Below, piece by piece: positions 21,129 through 31,076 of a stretch of DNA of 64,000 nucleotides. Both the position numbers and the translations under genes were made by a program. Below the pieces are notes generated by a model. It made no database searches, was not told the origin of the DNA, and worked only from the letters and a program-made list of their open reading frames with translations. Each line of letters starts with the position of its first letter. Position 1 is the stretch's first letter. Source of the DNA: Bacilli bacterium (GTDB taxonomy: Bacteria > Bacillota_I > Bacilli_A > RFN20 > CAG-826); NCBI GenBank assembly GCA_045631885.1, contig JAZQVN010000015.1:2452-66451 (forward strand). The letters run 5' to 3'.

Positions 21129-21148
21129 CCCACTTTGATAAGATAGTT

Positions 21149-21177
21149 AAAAGGTGAGAGTAATTCTCACTTTTTTG
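21149..21177 (+). terminator. Intrinsic terminator
   Basis: AAAAGGTGAGA-gtaat-TCTCACTTTTTT. Confidence 0.7.
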
Positions 21178-21245
21178 TCATATATAGGCTTATTTTGTAA
21201 ATATTTGTTTACAAAGAAGTAAATATGTATAAAATATAAGGCATT

Positions 21246-22439
21246 ATGAATTTTATTTTTATTTCACCAAACTTTCCTACGATATATTCCCACTTCATTA
21301 AAGCTTTAAAAGATAGAGGTGTTACAGTCATCGGTATCGGTGATGAACACTTCGAAGTCTTAAACTCAGAATTAAAAGAGAATTTAACTGAATATTGTTT
21401 CTGTTCTGATATTGGTAATCTTCAATGGATGAAAAACACTGTTGATTATATCAAAGCTAAATATGGACCAATTTCTTATTTAGAGAGTAACAATGAATTC
21501 TGGCTAGAAAGCGATGCGAAGTTAAGGGAATACGCTGACGTGATTAACGGATTAAGACCATCCGACATGGAAGCGATTAAATATAAGAGCAAAATGAAGG
21601 AAAACTTCATTAATGCCGGTTGTAAAGTCGCGAGATATATCCTTGTCGACACAATCGAAAACTCTGAAGCCTTTATTGCAAAAGTCGGTTATCCAGTCTT
21701 TGCTAAACCAGATAATGGCGTGGGCGCTGCAGAAACTTATAAAATCACTAATCACGATGAATTAGTGAACTTCCATAACACTAAACCAAACACTATCTAC
21801 ATTATGGAAGAATATATCAATGGTTATATTTCATCTTTTGATGGAATATGTGATGACCAAAGTAATGTTGTTATCTGCTTCAATGAAATATTCCCAGATC
21901 CAATCGCTGAAGTGTTACATAAACAAACAGATGTCTATTACTACGCTAATACTGAAATGCCTGATGATTTTAGAGAAATGGGCAAAAGAGTGGTCAAAGC
22001 CTTTGGCATTAGAAAAAGATGCTTCCATATTGAATTCTTTGTTTTAAGACAAGATAAAGAAGGACTAGGTAAAAAAGGTGATGTCATTGCCTTAGAAGTC
22101 AATATGCGTTCACCAGGAGGAAACACCCCAGACTTACTCTGCATGGCGTTAAATGATAATTACTATGGAGTCTACGCTGATGTGATTGTCAATAACTCCA
22201 CTTCTATCGATATGAATAGAAAGAGAAGCATCGCTATCTCTGTCGCAAGAAGAAATAAGTTCACTTATCAAAAGAGTGATTCAGAAATTTTTTCTGAATA
22301 CGCACCATATATCGAACACTTTGGTAACTATAACAAAGAGATTTCCGGAGCGATGGGAAATCGTTACTTCTTCGCTAAATTTGATACAGTGGAAGAAGCA
22401 TTACGCTTCAAAGATGTTGTTCTTACCTATAAAGAATAA
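21246..22439 (+). CDS. ATP-grasp domain protein
   Basis: GYPVFAKPDNGVGA, MEEYI, HIEFF, LEVNMR. Confidence 0.85.
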   Translation: MNFIFISPNFPTIYSHFIKALKDRGVTVIGIGDEHFEVLNSELKENLTEYCFCSDIGNLQWMKNTVDYIKAKYGPISYLESNNEFWLESDAKLREYADVINGLRPSDMEAIKYKSKMKENFINAGCKVARYILVDTIENSEAFIAKVGYPVFAKPDNGVGAAETYKITNHDELVNFHNTKPNTIYIMEEYINGYISSFDGICDDQSNVVICFNEIFPDPIAEVLHKQTDVYYYANTEMPDDFREMGKRVVKAFGIRKRCFHIEFFVLRQDKEGLGKKGDVIALEVNMRSPGGNTPDLLCMALNDNYYGVYADVIVNNSTSIDMNRKRSIAISVARRNKFTYQKSDSEIFSEYAPYIEHFGNYNKEISGAMGNRYFFAKFDTVEEALRFKDVVLTYKE

Positions 22440-22511
22440 AATGGGATGCCACTTAATAAGTGGTTTTCTTTTTTTAATTTAATAGTATACTAATCACAGG
22501 AGGGTATTATT

Positions 22512-23822
22512 ATGAAAAATACAAAATTATTAGTTCTTACTGCATTTACCGCGTTAACTTTAACAGGCTGTGGAAATACAGGTAGCCCAGCCGCATTACC
22601 AGGTGGCGGTCAAGAAGTTAATGTCAAAACCGAAGAAGGCAAAGCGACAATGAAAGCTCGCCTTGAAGGTATGGCAGAAACTTATGAAACGTTCGATTTA
22701 ACCGCTTTAGGTTTAAAAGTTGAATCAAAAGATATCAACTTCAACGCGAACGGCAAACTCGAATCTAACTTTGGTAACTTCGAAGGTAAATTAGGCTTAG
22801 AAAACTTCGGTGGCAATTTAGAAGTCGCTTTAGGCGAAGCTCCAGTAGATGAAATGCCATATCTCGGTGCCAGAATTACATTAGGCCAAACAACTGGTAA
22901 AGTCGCTTTAGACGGCAAAGTTCAATTAGCTGGTTCTGAAGACAATAACCCAGTTAAACAATCAATCGATTTATCCGGTGCATTAATGAATGCTTATCTC
23001 TATGGAGATAAATTCTATATCGATGGCAGTGACGCAAGTGTCTTATCTATCGTTGATAGAGCATCTGGATTTGCTAACGGCATCGTCAGTGATTTAGATC
23101 TCAACTTAGTGGAAATCGCCGCGCTAGCCAAAATGCTCGGTTATGATTTATCCGCGATCTTCTCAAAAGACCAAAAGAGTTTTGATTTCAAAAACGCTTA
23201 TGAAACATACACTAATGGTGGCAAAGGATATATCAAAAGCTCATTAACAGTTCCATGGATGATGGTCCCACCAATCGTTAAAGCTCTTGTCGGCTCATTA
23301 AAAAAAGTTAATGAAGAATCAGGTAAATCCCCAATTGATGAATTCGTCACAGGATACACCATGTTAGATGAGAAGATCTCTGGATTACAATTCAAAACAT
23401 ATGGTGAAAAAGGATTTGGTTTCCAATTCGATTTATCTAAAGAAGGCTTAACCACTGCGATTACCGCATTCGCTGAAGAAAACGGAGATGAAGAAGATAA
23501 AGCTAACGCTCAAAAAGCTGTTGAAGACATCAATAAATTCTTCAACAAAATGGATCTTTGCTCTTCCATCTATATTAATGAACAAGGCTTATTAGAAACA
23601 ATTGCAACATATATTAATGTTGAAGCCAACATCAAATTAGGTGAAGAAGATTTAGCGGAATCTCCATTAAGTTCTGTTGATTTTGTTCTCACTGCGAAAG
23701 AAAACACAAAGATTTCTGTCTGTTATAACGATGCAGTTGAACTCAAAATCCCAAGCGCTGAACAATTAGCGACTTATAAAGAAATCGTTCTTCCTGGCCA
23801 AAATAACGAAGGCGAAGAATAA
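22512..23822 (+). CDS. Lipoprotein of unknown function
   Basis: Lipobox LTLTGC; SD GGAGG. Confidence 0.75.
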   Translation: MKNTKLLVLTAFTALTLTGCGNTGSPAALPGGGQEVNVKTEEGKATMKARLEGMAETYETFDLTALGLKVESKDINFNANGKLESNFGNFEGKLGLENFGGNLEVALGEAPVDEMPYLGARITLGQTTGKVALDGKVQLAGSEDNNPVKQSIDLSGALMNAYLYGDKFYIDGSDASVLSIVDRASGFANGIVSDLDLNLVEIAALAKMLGYDLSAIFSKDQKSFDFKNAYETYTNGGKGYIKSSLTVPWMMVPPIVKALVGSLKKVNEESGKSPIDEFVTGYTMLDEKISGLQFKTYGEKGFGFQFDLSKEGLTTAITAFAEENGDEEDKANAQKAVEDINKFFNKMDLCSSIYINEQGLLETIATYINVEANIKLGEEDLAESPLSSVDFVLTAKENTKISVCYNDAVELKIPSAEQLATYKEIVLPGQNNEGEE

Positions 23823-23939
23823 TTCTTATCTAAAACAAAAGTAATTCCCTATGGTTATCCATGGGGTTTTATTTTTGAAGCATATTCATAGTAATTGCTT
23901 CAAATTATGATAAAATACCTACGGAAAAGAGGTGTAAAT

Positions 23940-25226
23940 ATGGCTTTTAAAACTGTCCCAATTACATTAATTACCGGTTATTTAGGAAGCGGTAAAACTA
24001 CATTAATCAATCACATATTATTGAACTCTAAGAATCACAAGATGGCGGTTATCGTCAATGACTTAGGGGAAGTGAATATCGACGCTGAGTTAATTCAAAA
24101 AGGTGGCGTTGTATCATCTAAAGATGATAATTTAGTCTCATTACAAAATGGTTGTATCTGCTGTACATTAAAGAAAGACTTAATCAATCAACTCGCTGAT
24201 TTAGTCAATATGAATAGGTTTGACCATATCCTTATTGAAGCAAGCGGTATTTGTGAACCAGTCCCAATCGCTCAAACAATCGCCTATATGGAAGAGGAAT
24301 TCAAAAGACAAAATCTTCCTCAATTCTACACACTAGATGCGATTATCTCTGTTACTGATGCATTAAGACTAGTTGATGAATTCGGCTGTGGAGATGCCTT
24401 AAAAGAGGCCACAAGAGGGGAAGAAGACTTAGAGAACTTAGTTATTCAACAAATCGAATTCTGCGATGTTATTTTATTAAATAAAGTTGATGAAATTAGC
24501 AAAGAAGAATTAAGAAAAGTTCATATCGCGATTAAAGCGATTCAACCAGAAGCTAAGATTATCGAAACAAATTACTGTGATGTCGATTTAGATGAATTAA
24601 TTGATACTCATTTATTTGACTTTGAAAGAGCTTCAACTTCCGCGGCATGGATTAGAGAATTTGAAGACTGGGGTAATGAAATCGACGCTGATGAAGATCA
24701 TCACCATCATCATGATGATGACGATGACGACGAAGATGAAGAACATGAACACGAACATCATCACCACGACCATGATGAAGATGAACACGAAGAACACCAC
24801 CATCACCATCATCACCACCATCACGAACATGGAGTGGGTGAAAACGATGATGAAGGCACCGCAGATGAATATAATGTCAATACATTCGTCTACTATCGTA
24901 GAAGAGCCTTTGATAAAGATAAATTCCTTAATTGGATAGAAAACAATGGAAGAAATATTATCAGGGCTAAAGGTATCTTATATTTCACTAGTGAACAATA
25001 TAACGCTTATGTTTATGAATCCTGTGGAAGACAAAGAAAATTATCCGTCTCTGGTCAATGGTATTCAGAAACATTAAGTAAACGTCAAATTAAATACTTA
25101 ATTAATAATGACGAGAACTTCGCTCATGACTGGGATGAAAAATATGGAGACAAACTTATTAAGTTAGTCTTCATTGGACAAAACCTTGATAAAGAAGGCA
25201 TCAAAGAAGAATTAGATTTAATCTAA
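23940..25226 (+). CDS. COG0523/CobW-family GTPase metallochaperone with a His/Asp-rich insert
   Basis: GYLGSGKT, GCICC, IEASG, NKVD, RAKG, LVFIG. Confidence 0.92.
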   Translation: MAFKTVPITLITGYLGSGKTTLINHILLNSKNHKMAVIVNDLGEVNIDAELIQKGGVVSSKDDNLVSLQNGCICCTLKKDLINQLADLVNMNRFDHILIEASGICEPVPIAQTIAYMEEEFKRQNLPQFYTLDAIISVTDALRLVDEFGCGDALKEATRGEEDLENLVIQQIEFCDVILLNKVDEISKEELRKVHIAIKAIQPEAKIIETNYCDVDLDELIDTHLFDFERASTSAAWIREFEDWGNEIDADEDHHHHHDDDDDDEDEEHEHEHHHHDHDEDEHEEHHHHHHHHHHEHGVGENDDEGTADEYNVNTFVYYRRRAFDKDKFLNWIENNGRNIIRAKGILYFTSEQYNAYVYESCGRQRKLSVSGQWYSETLSKRQIKYLINNDENFAHDWDEKYGDKLIKLVFIGQNLDKEGIKEELDLI

Positions 25227-25273
25227 TTAACTCAATATAAAAAGAATAGATATCAGATGATATCTATTTTTTA

Positions 25274-25729
25274 TTACCCGATCCTTATTTTATCTTCGTC
25301 TAGTTCTCTTTTGAAACGATCATCCATTCTAGATCCGATAAAAACAATGTCGACTTCTTTTCCAAGAGCCTCTTCCAGTTCATCTTCTAAAAATCCCTGC
25401 TGGATAAATGTTTTAATATCTCCCGCTTCGCAATAGATATCAATATCACTATCGTTATTAGCTTCTCCTCTAGCGTAACTGCCAAATAGATAAACTTCGT
25501 TAATGCCGTGTTTAGCTAAAACGGGAAGCATTCTTTCTTTAATCTGTTTGATTGTTAAAACGCTATTGTTGATATCTTTTTCAATCAAAGAATTAATGTA
25601 TCCATTAATACTGGGAACAGAATGTAATTTCTCGATGGCATTAATGTTATCTCTTCTCACACGAAAAGGAAACATCTTATAAGTGCTTTTGTTATATCCA
25701 TCAATGTATTCTTTTTGATTGAACGCCAT
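25274..25729 (-). CDS. Minimal nucleotidyltransferase (MntA-like) with an N-terminal RHH-like segment
   Basis: YLFGSYARGE...SDIDI...VDIV. Start at ATG 25729 after GAGG. Confidence 0.8.
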   Translation of the reverse strand: MAFNQKEYIDGYNKSTYKMFPFRVRRDNINAIEKLHSVPSINGYINSLIEKDINNSVLTIKQIKERMLPVLAKHGINEVYLFGSYARGEANNDSDIDIYCEAGDIKTFIQQGFLEDELEEALGKEVDIVFIGSRMDDRFKRELDEDKIRIG

Positions 25730-25804
25730 AGCTATTTCCTCGAGCATATGATAGCATATGTAATTATATAAAACAACAAAACAAAAAGATAAAAAGGGGG
25801 GTCT

Positions 25805-28201
25805 TTAATTTATTAGCGTCTTTTTGAATTCTTCTGATTTTGATAAATCATCTTGAAATGTTTTATTCGAAGGATTGCGTTCTACTAACTTCTTATAAAT
25901 CGAGATAGCTTTATCAATGTAATACATTTTATCGTCTACAGGGATATAAGATGTTTGAGCGTATATTCTAGCGGCGATTTTTAAGTCTCTGTCAGTAAGA
26001 ACCTTTTCATTTACTAAAGCGGTGTCCACTAATTCAACAGCTTTCAATAAATATGTTTTAATTTCTTCACGGTATTGATCGTTGTTAGAGAAAAAATAGT
26101 AAATCGAGTAGAAGAAATAACAATCCGCAAGACGGATTTGAGAACGAGCTAATTCTTCATATTTTCCAGTCATGATGTCATTACAAAACAAAATACACTT
26201 ATCAATGTATTCTTTTGCCGTGGAATATTGTTTTAAACGCAAAAAGGCTGAGTGGGCTTTCAATAAAACATCATACGTTACTGTTAACCAATCATTAAAG
26301 AAATCACCATCAGCAAAATCACGATATTTCATACAATGTGAGCAGGCTCTTTCAATTGCGAATGAAGCACTAGATAAGTCATTAAGTTGAGTTAAAGCTC
26401 TATATTTTAATTCATATAGTTTTGCCATTTGAAGGTTATAATGTGCATCATCCGGATATTTAGACAAGAAGCTTATTCTTTCATTGACAATCGATAAAGC
26501 AATATCATATTTATTTTCTATAATTATAAGTCGGTTCAAATAGTCAACATAAACATTGATCTTGTCATATAAAAGAATTTTATTAAATTTGTCATCTTCA
26601 CAAATTTTAAACATTTTATCCGTAATTTGAGGCGGAAAATTAAGTATTTGACATGCATCATGATAATAAATTAGAAGGAGTGAAGGATTGATACTATCTT
26701 TTTCCAATTCTGCACTTTGCAAACATTTATTAATGAAGAAACTAGCTAATTTCATGTTGTTTGTTCTGTAGTAAAATAGTTTAGCTAAATGATAATATGG
26801 TGGATGTGTTGAATATAATAATGAATCTATTTTTTCTTTTACTTTAAGGTTAAAATCGTATACAATTCTCAGAGCTTTTAAATACGACTCTTTTGCTTTT
26901 AAAAAATCTCTTTTTTCGGCGTAAGCGTGTCCGATTGCGATATAGTCATCTCGAACAGATCGCATTTTTATAAACGGAATTGTGTTTTGGCTTTTTGTTC
27001 TTCCAATCAACTTTTCTCTGAGTTTGATTGCTTTGTCGTTTTCACCAACTTGACGATACAGATTGGATAATTCTTCATATTCCTTCTCATTGGTAATACT
27101 TAGTTCAGTTCTTTTGAAATATTCCTCATACCAATGAATAGCTTTATAACGATTCTTCTCAACTTTTAAACCTTTTTGATATCTCTTGGCTAGTTCAAGC
27201 ATCGCGCCAGCGCAACCTTGTTCTGCGGATTTCAAAAGTAGCTTTTCTCCTAATTCAATATTCACTTCTGCTCCAATGCCTTCTAAATAGCATATTCCAG
27301 CATCATAATCTTTCCATTTATCTTGTTCATGTGGCTCTATTCCTAAAGACTTGATCAAAACATCCTTTAAAGACTTATCATCTAATGCAAAAACATTTTT
27401 CAATCCTTTAAATACACGTTTTGTTTTAAAGTTAGAGACATCTTCTAATTTGACCGCGACTATTTCTTTCTTTTTATCAATTGAATAAGGGAACTCTTTA
27501 TTAATAATATAGTTATTAGATTCAAAACAATTTTCAGTCAAAGTAAGTAATACCAAATCAGATTCATCAATATTCTTTTCTATTTCTTTATGAAAATCTT
27601 CTCCAGGGGTTAAAAAATAATCAAACCAAAATGAAACATATTTAAACTCTTCAAATCGATGGATATATTTCATCGCTTCCACAACTTTAGGGAAATCTTT
27701 TTTACGATATGAAATAAAAATCTTCTTTTCAAAGATGAATTCCAGTCTATTTAGGTTTGCTGATCTTTTGAACTGTTCAAAATAATTGTTAATTTTCTTT
27801 GGATATAAAGAACTATTGTAAATAAGATATTCAATATCACCAAATAAGTCTTGATACTTATCAATTATTTTTTCATCCACTATAAGTGGAAGCATTCTCA
27901 AGTGCTCTTTCTCAATGATAGGTAGTAATGATGTTCTAAACTCGCTATTGTCTAAAAATAGTTCTTCGTTAACTAAAACAATAATGACAGACATATTGGA
28001 AATGGCTACGACATCTTCCTCAGAAAAGCTTTTATCGTAATCTTGTTTACCATATATGCCAAGAGTGTGTTTATTACTTTCAATTGAATCGATAATAAAT
28101 GGAATAAGATTATTAGTGGTCTTGCTCCCGTAGATAAATACACGACATAAAGAAGAGGCGTTCGATAATTTCTCCTTACTTAACTGAACAACGTTAGACA
28201 T
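25805..28201 (-). CDS. TIR-domain protein with SEL1 and TPR-like repeats
   Basis: KIFISYRKKD, FWFDYFLTPGEDF, KE.PY; SEL1 motifs YLEGIG, SAEQG, YQKG; helical repeats to the C-terminus. Confidence 0.8.
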   Translation of the reverse strand: MSNVVQLSKEKLSNASSLCRVFIYGSKTTNNLIPFIIDSIESNKHTLGIYGKQDYDKSFSEEDVVAISNMSVIIVLVNEELFLDNSEFRTSLLPIIEKEHLRMLPLIVDEKIIDKYQDLFGDIEYLIYNSSLYPKKINNYFEQFKRSANLNRLEFIFEKKIFISYRKKDFPKVVEAMKYIHRFEEFKYVSFWFDYFLTPGEDFHKEIEKNIDESDLVLLTLTENCFESNNYIINKEFPYSIDKKKEIVAVKLEDVSNFKTKRVFKGLKNVFALDDKSLKDVLIKSLGIEPHEQDKWKDYDAGICYLEGIGAEVNIELGEKLLLKSAEQGCAGAMLELAKRYQKGLKVEKNRYKAIHWYEEYFKRTELSITNEKEYEELSNLYRQVGENDKAIKLREKLIGRTKSQNTIPFIKMRSVRDDYIAIGHAYAEKRDFLKAKESYLKALRIVYDFNLKVKEKIDSLLYSTHPPYYHLAKLFYYRTNNMKLASFFINKCLQSAELEKDSINPSLLLIYYHDACQILNFPPQITDKMFKICEDDKFNKILLYDKINVYVDYLNRLIIIENKYDIALSIVNERISFLSKYPDDAHYNLQMAKLYELKYRALTQLNDLSSASFAIERACSHCMKYRDFADGDFFNDWLTVTYDVLLKAHSAFLRLKQYSTAKEYIDKCILFCNDIMTGKYEELARSQIRLADCYFFYSIYYFFSNNDQYREEIKTYLLKAVELVDTALVNEKVLTDRDLKIAARIYAQTSYIPVDDKMYYIDKAISIYKKLVERNPSNKTFQDDLSKSEEFKKTLIN

Positions 28202-28269
28202 ATTTCAATTATAAACTGCACACAAAAAGAGGAAAATATACACTTTCCTCTTTCTATGTTTATTAGTAA

Positions 28270-28590
28270 TTATTTCTTACTCTTAATTCTACCCTTGCTT
28301 GCGCCTTTGGAATTATGAACAAGCATTTTACCACCTTGGTTATCCGCCATAACTTTTGTATATTCAATGGCTTCTTTTTGGGTGTTAAATAATTTGATAG
28401 CTTTTTGTCCACCGGCGTATTTTACTTCCCATTTACCATCCGCTCTTTTGACGACATGGTAGTTACGGTAATTGACTTCTTTAACTTCTTCTTTGACCGC
28501 TTTCTTCGGGGCTTCTTTCTTACCGGCTGGTTTCTTTTCAACTGGTTTTTTCTCCGCAGGTTTTTTCGCTGCTGGTTTTTTTGCTGGCAT
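28270..28590 (-). CDS. DUF2188-family protein with a Pro/Ala/Lys-rich N-terminal tail
   Basis: PAKKPAAKKPAEKK repeats; YHVV...GKWEVK...FNTQKEAI...VH...G.I. Confidence 0.75.
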   Translation of the reverse strand: MPAKKPAAKKPAEKKPVEKKPAGKKEAPKKAVKEEVKEVNYRNYHVVKRADGKWEVKYAGGQKAIKLFNTQKEAIEYTKVMADNQGGKMLVHNSKGASKGRIKSKK

Positions 28591-28622
28591 AATATTTTCT
28601 TCCTTCTTCCTTAATTAATAAG

Positions 28623-29150
28623 TTATACCAATTCGTCTTCTTTTTCTATATCGGAAGTTTTCTTTCCTTTAAAAAATATAATCGCGCTTATGATAATTAA
28701 TGGGATAATATAGCCTCCAAAATCGATCATCACATCTTTAAATTCACCACTTCTTCCAGGGACAAATAATTGTATGATTTCTGTCAAAATCGCTAAAAAG
28801 AGGCCGGAACTAGCGGAAATAATGAGAAAAATCCAACATTTCTTAGTTAAATCATAATAGATAAATTTAATTGATAAAGTAGTAAAAATTCCACTTATCA
28901 AAAACAAACCAAAGTGGCCAACTAGTTTTCTAATAACTGATGAAAACTCTGAATAATTTTCTTCATTAATCGTACCGGGTTTTATCCCGTTTAAGATATT
29001 GGATAATAGATCCACGATGAATCCGCTTTCATGAGATGATTGATGAGCGTTCATACAAGAATTGACAATGATGAAAACATTTATCGCGACTGATAAAACG
29101 ATAATTAACAACTGCCACCACTGATAGAGATAAATAAACTTTTTCATCAT
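28623..29150 (-). CDS. VanZ family membrane protein
   Basis: IRKLVGHF, EIIQLFVPGRSG...DVMID. Start chosen downstream of the dfx terminator hairpin (29164-29186). Confidence 0.85.
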   Translation of the reverse strand: MMKKFIYLYQWWQLLIIVLSVAINVFIIVNSCMNAHQSSHESGFIVDLLSNILNGIKPGTINEENYSEFSSVIRKLVGHFGLFLISGIFTTLSIKFIYYDLTKKCWIFLIISASSGLFLAILTEIIQLFVPGRSGEFKDVMIDFGGYIIPLIIISAIIFFKGKKTSDIEKEDELV

Positions 29151-29204
29151 AAAAATGATAAAGAAAAAAGGTGGAAAATTCCACCTCATTAATATTGATA
29201 TAAA

Positions 29205-29576
29205 TTATTCAGCTTTATATAATCCGTGTAAGTTGCAGTATTCATAAACCGCGACAACTTTTTCACCTTCTAATAAAGCGAATTGAGCTTCTGGGGCTTG
29301 TCCTGGTTTTAAGATTTTTCTTTGATTACCAAGATTTGTTTCTAAAACAACCCATTGAATGTAGTGAGCGTCTAACATTGGGTGAGCAACTTCACCGACT
29401 TTAACGCTGACGATTTGATCTTTAACTTCAAAGACTGGTAAGTGTTTTTCATGCGCACCATCTTGGGTGTTCACCGGTAATTCTTCCATTGGTCTACCAC
29501 AGCAAATGGTTGGAACCGCTCTTTCTTCGACCATAGCAATAATTTTTCCACAGACTGGACATTTATAGAATTTCAT
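29205..29576 (-). CDS. dfx: Desulfoferrodoxin (superoxide reductase)
   Basis: CPVCG...CCG, EKHLP, HPM...HYI, YCNLHG. Confidence 0.93.
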   Translation of the reverse strand: MKFYKCPVCGKIIAMVEERAVPTICCGRPMEELPVNTQDGAHEKHLPVFEVKDQIVSVKVGEVAHPMLDAHYIQWVVLETNLGNQRKILKPGQAPEAQFALLEGEKVVAVYEYCNLHGLYKAE

Positions 29577-29660
29577 ATGTATTCTCCTTCTCTACTTTCA
29601 TCATAGGCAAAAAATAAGTTTCTCACAATACATAATATTTTCTATATAATATTATTTGCT

Positions 29661-30623
29661 ATGATTAAGTTTATTTGTCTCGAAAAAGAACCATTAGCAT
29701 TCGAAAGTAACATTAATCTCATCCAAAAGAATGTCTCTCCATTTAAGGAGATATTAAAAAAGAATGATTACACATCATATTCTTTTGTTAAAGATGAAGA
29801 TGAGGCGAATGGCTTTTCTTTTACTAATGTTTTTCAATTACAAGTAAATGTCAAAGGTGTTGGAGAATTCCATATCTTACTCAATAGAGAAAATTTAGAT
29901 AAAGATAATCTTATTAATGGAATCGCATCCTTAAAAGAAATAATCGTTAATGATGAAGAAAGCGCGAAATATAAGTTAAGTGAATTATTTAATCTTGTGA
30001 AAGACTATAATCCTCTATTTATTATTTCTTCTTTATTTAAGAATTCTTTAATTAATAACGAGTCATTGCTTTCTTTATATCAATTAGATGTTCCATTATT
30101 TTATGTTGATGAACCAAAAGAGGCAATTGAAGAAAAAGTCATTGAGCCAACATCAATAGAAAAAGAGAAAACACATACTGGCTTTAAACATATCGGTCAA
30201 GTCATTGTCAAAAATAAATACCATCTTTTGTTATTGCTCGTCGCTTCACTATTAATTGAATCCACGATTCCATTAGGTATCCTAAATGTCTATTCACAAA
30301 ACGGTCTTGCTGTATTCTTATTCATCTGCGCGGTCATTGGTATGGCGATGAACGGATACACATATTGGGACTATTTCAAGAAGAGAGGATTCAAGGATCC
30401 ATTATTCTTATTAAGTATCATCAGTGACCTCATCGGCTTCGGTGGAGGTATTGGAGGATTTGTCATTTTCTATAACATTTCCACGAAACCAGAAAACGAC
30501 ATTGGTTTAGGCAAATACATACTCATCGGTGGGCTTGCCTGCCTAGGAATATGCCTTCTCACAATTGTCATTTGTTACTTCTTACCAAAGCTCATTAATA
30601 AACTCAAAAAGAAAGAAAAATAA
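29661..30623 (+). CDS. Hypothetical membrane protein (soluble N-half, 4 C-terminal TMs)
   Basis: Long ORF with hydrophobic helices, followed by a terminator at about 30628-30658. Confidence 0.6.
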   Translation: MIKFICLEKEPLAFESNINLIQKNVSPFKEILKKNDYTSYSFVKDEDEANGFSFTNVFQLQVNVKGVGEFHILLNRENLDKDNLINGIASLKEIIVNDEESAKYKLSELFNLVKDYNPLFIISSLFKNSLINNESLLSLYQLDVPLFYVDEPKEAIEEKVIEPTSIEKEKTHTGFKHIGQVIVKNKYHLLLLLVASLLIESTIPLGILNVYSQNGLAVFLFICAVIGMAMNGYTYWDYFKKRGFKDPLFLLSIISDLIGFGGGIGGFVIFYNISTKPENDIGLGKYILIGGLACLGICLLTIVICYFLPKLINKLKKKEK

Positions 30624-30823
30624 AGGTCCAATTATTCATCGGTAATTGGATTTTTTTATTAGTTAAAAACACAAAAAGAGAAAATTTATAAAAATATTTT
30701 TCATTTTAATTTTCCTAGCAAAAACCAATTATTTTGCTGCAAAAACCCGTTTTTTTGAAATTTTTGCCCTTTTTCGCGATTTTTAATATTTGATTTTTAT
30801 ACTCTACTATGCTACTATTTCTA

Positions 30824-31030
30824 TGCTCGATAAAACATATTAGATATGAACACGAGTCGTTTGTGATGAGTGTAATAGCGAAATTCTCTATCGAGCACAA
30901 CATAAAGGGTTCACTAATGGTTATTGAAGATCGGAAACGATAACCGCCCTAGTGTCCCGCATAAATAGTTTGTTTGACTTAAAGTCCTTCCATACTAACC
31001 CTTATTCGCAAGAGTAAGGGCTTTTATTTT
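30824..31030 (+). ncRNA. Candidate structured ncRNA of about 200 nt, family not recognised
   Basis: Promoter TTGATT(30790)-17-TACTAT(30813); 9-bp stem TGCTCGATA/TATCGAGCA; second arm GGG..CACTA...TAGTG.CCC; terminator CCCTTATTC-gcaa-GAGTAAGGG followed by a T-tract. Confidence 0.5.
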
Positions 31031-31076
31031 ATTACCATGATTGTATAATGACTAATGGATACTCGGGGGTTATATT

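Noticed and set aside
30715-30903. 62-aa minus-strand ORF
   Set aside because: No SD or recognisable family; overlaps the plus-strand promoter and RNA candidate.
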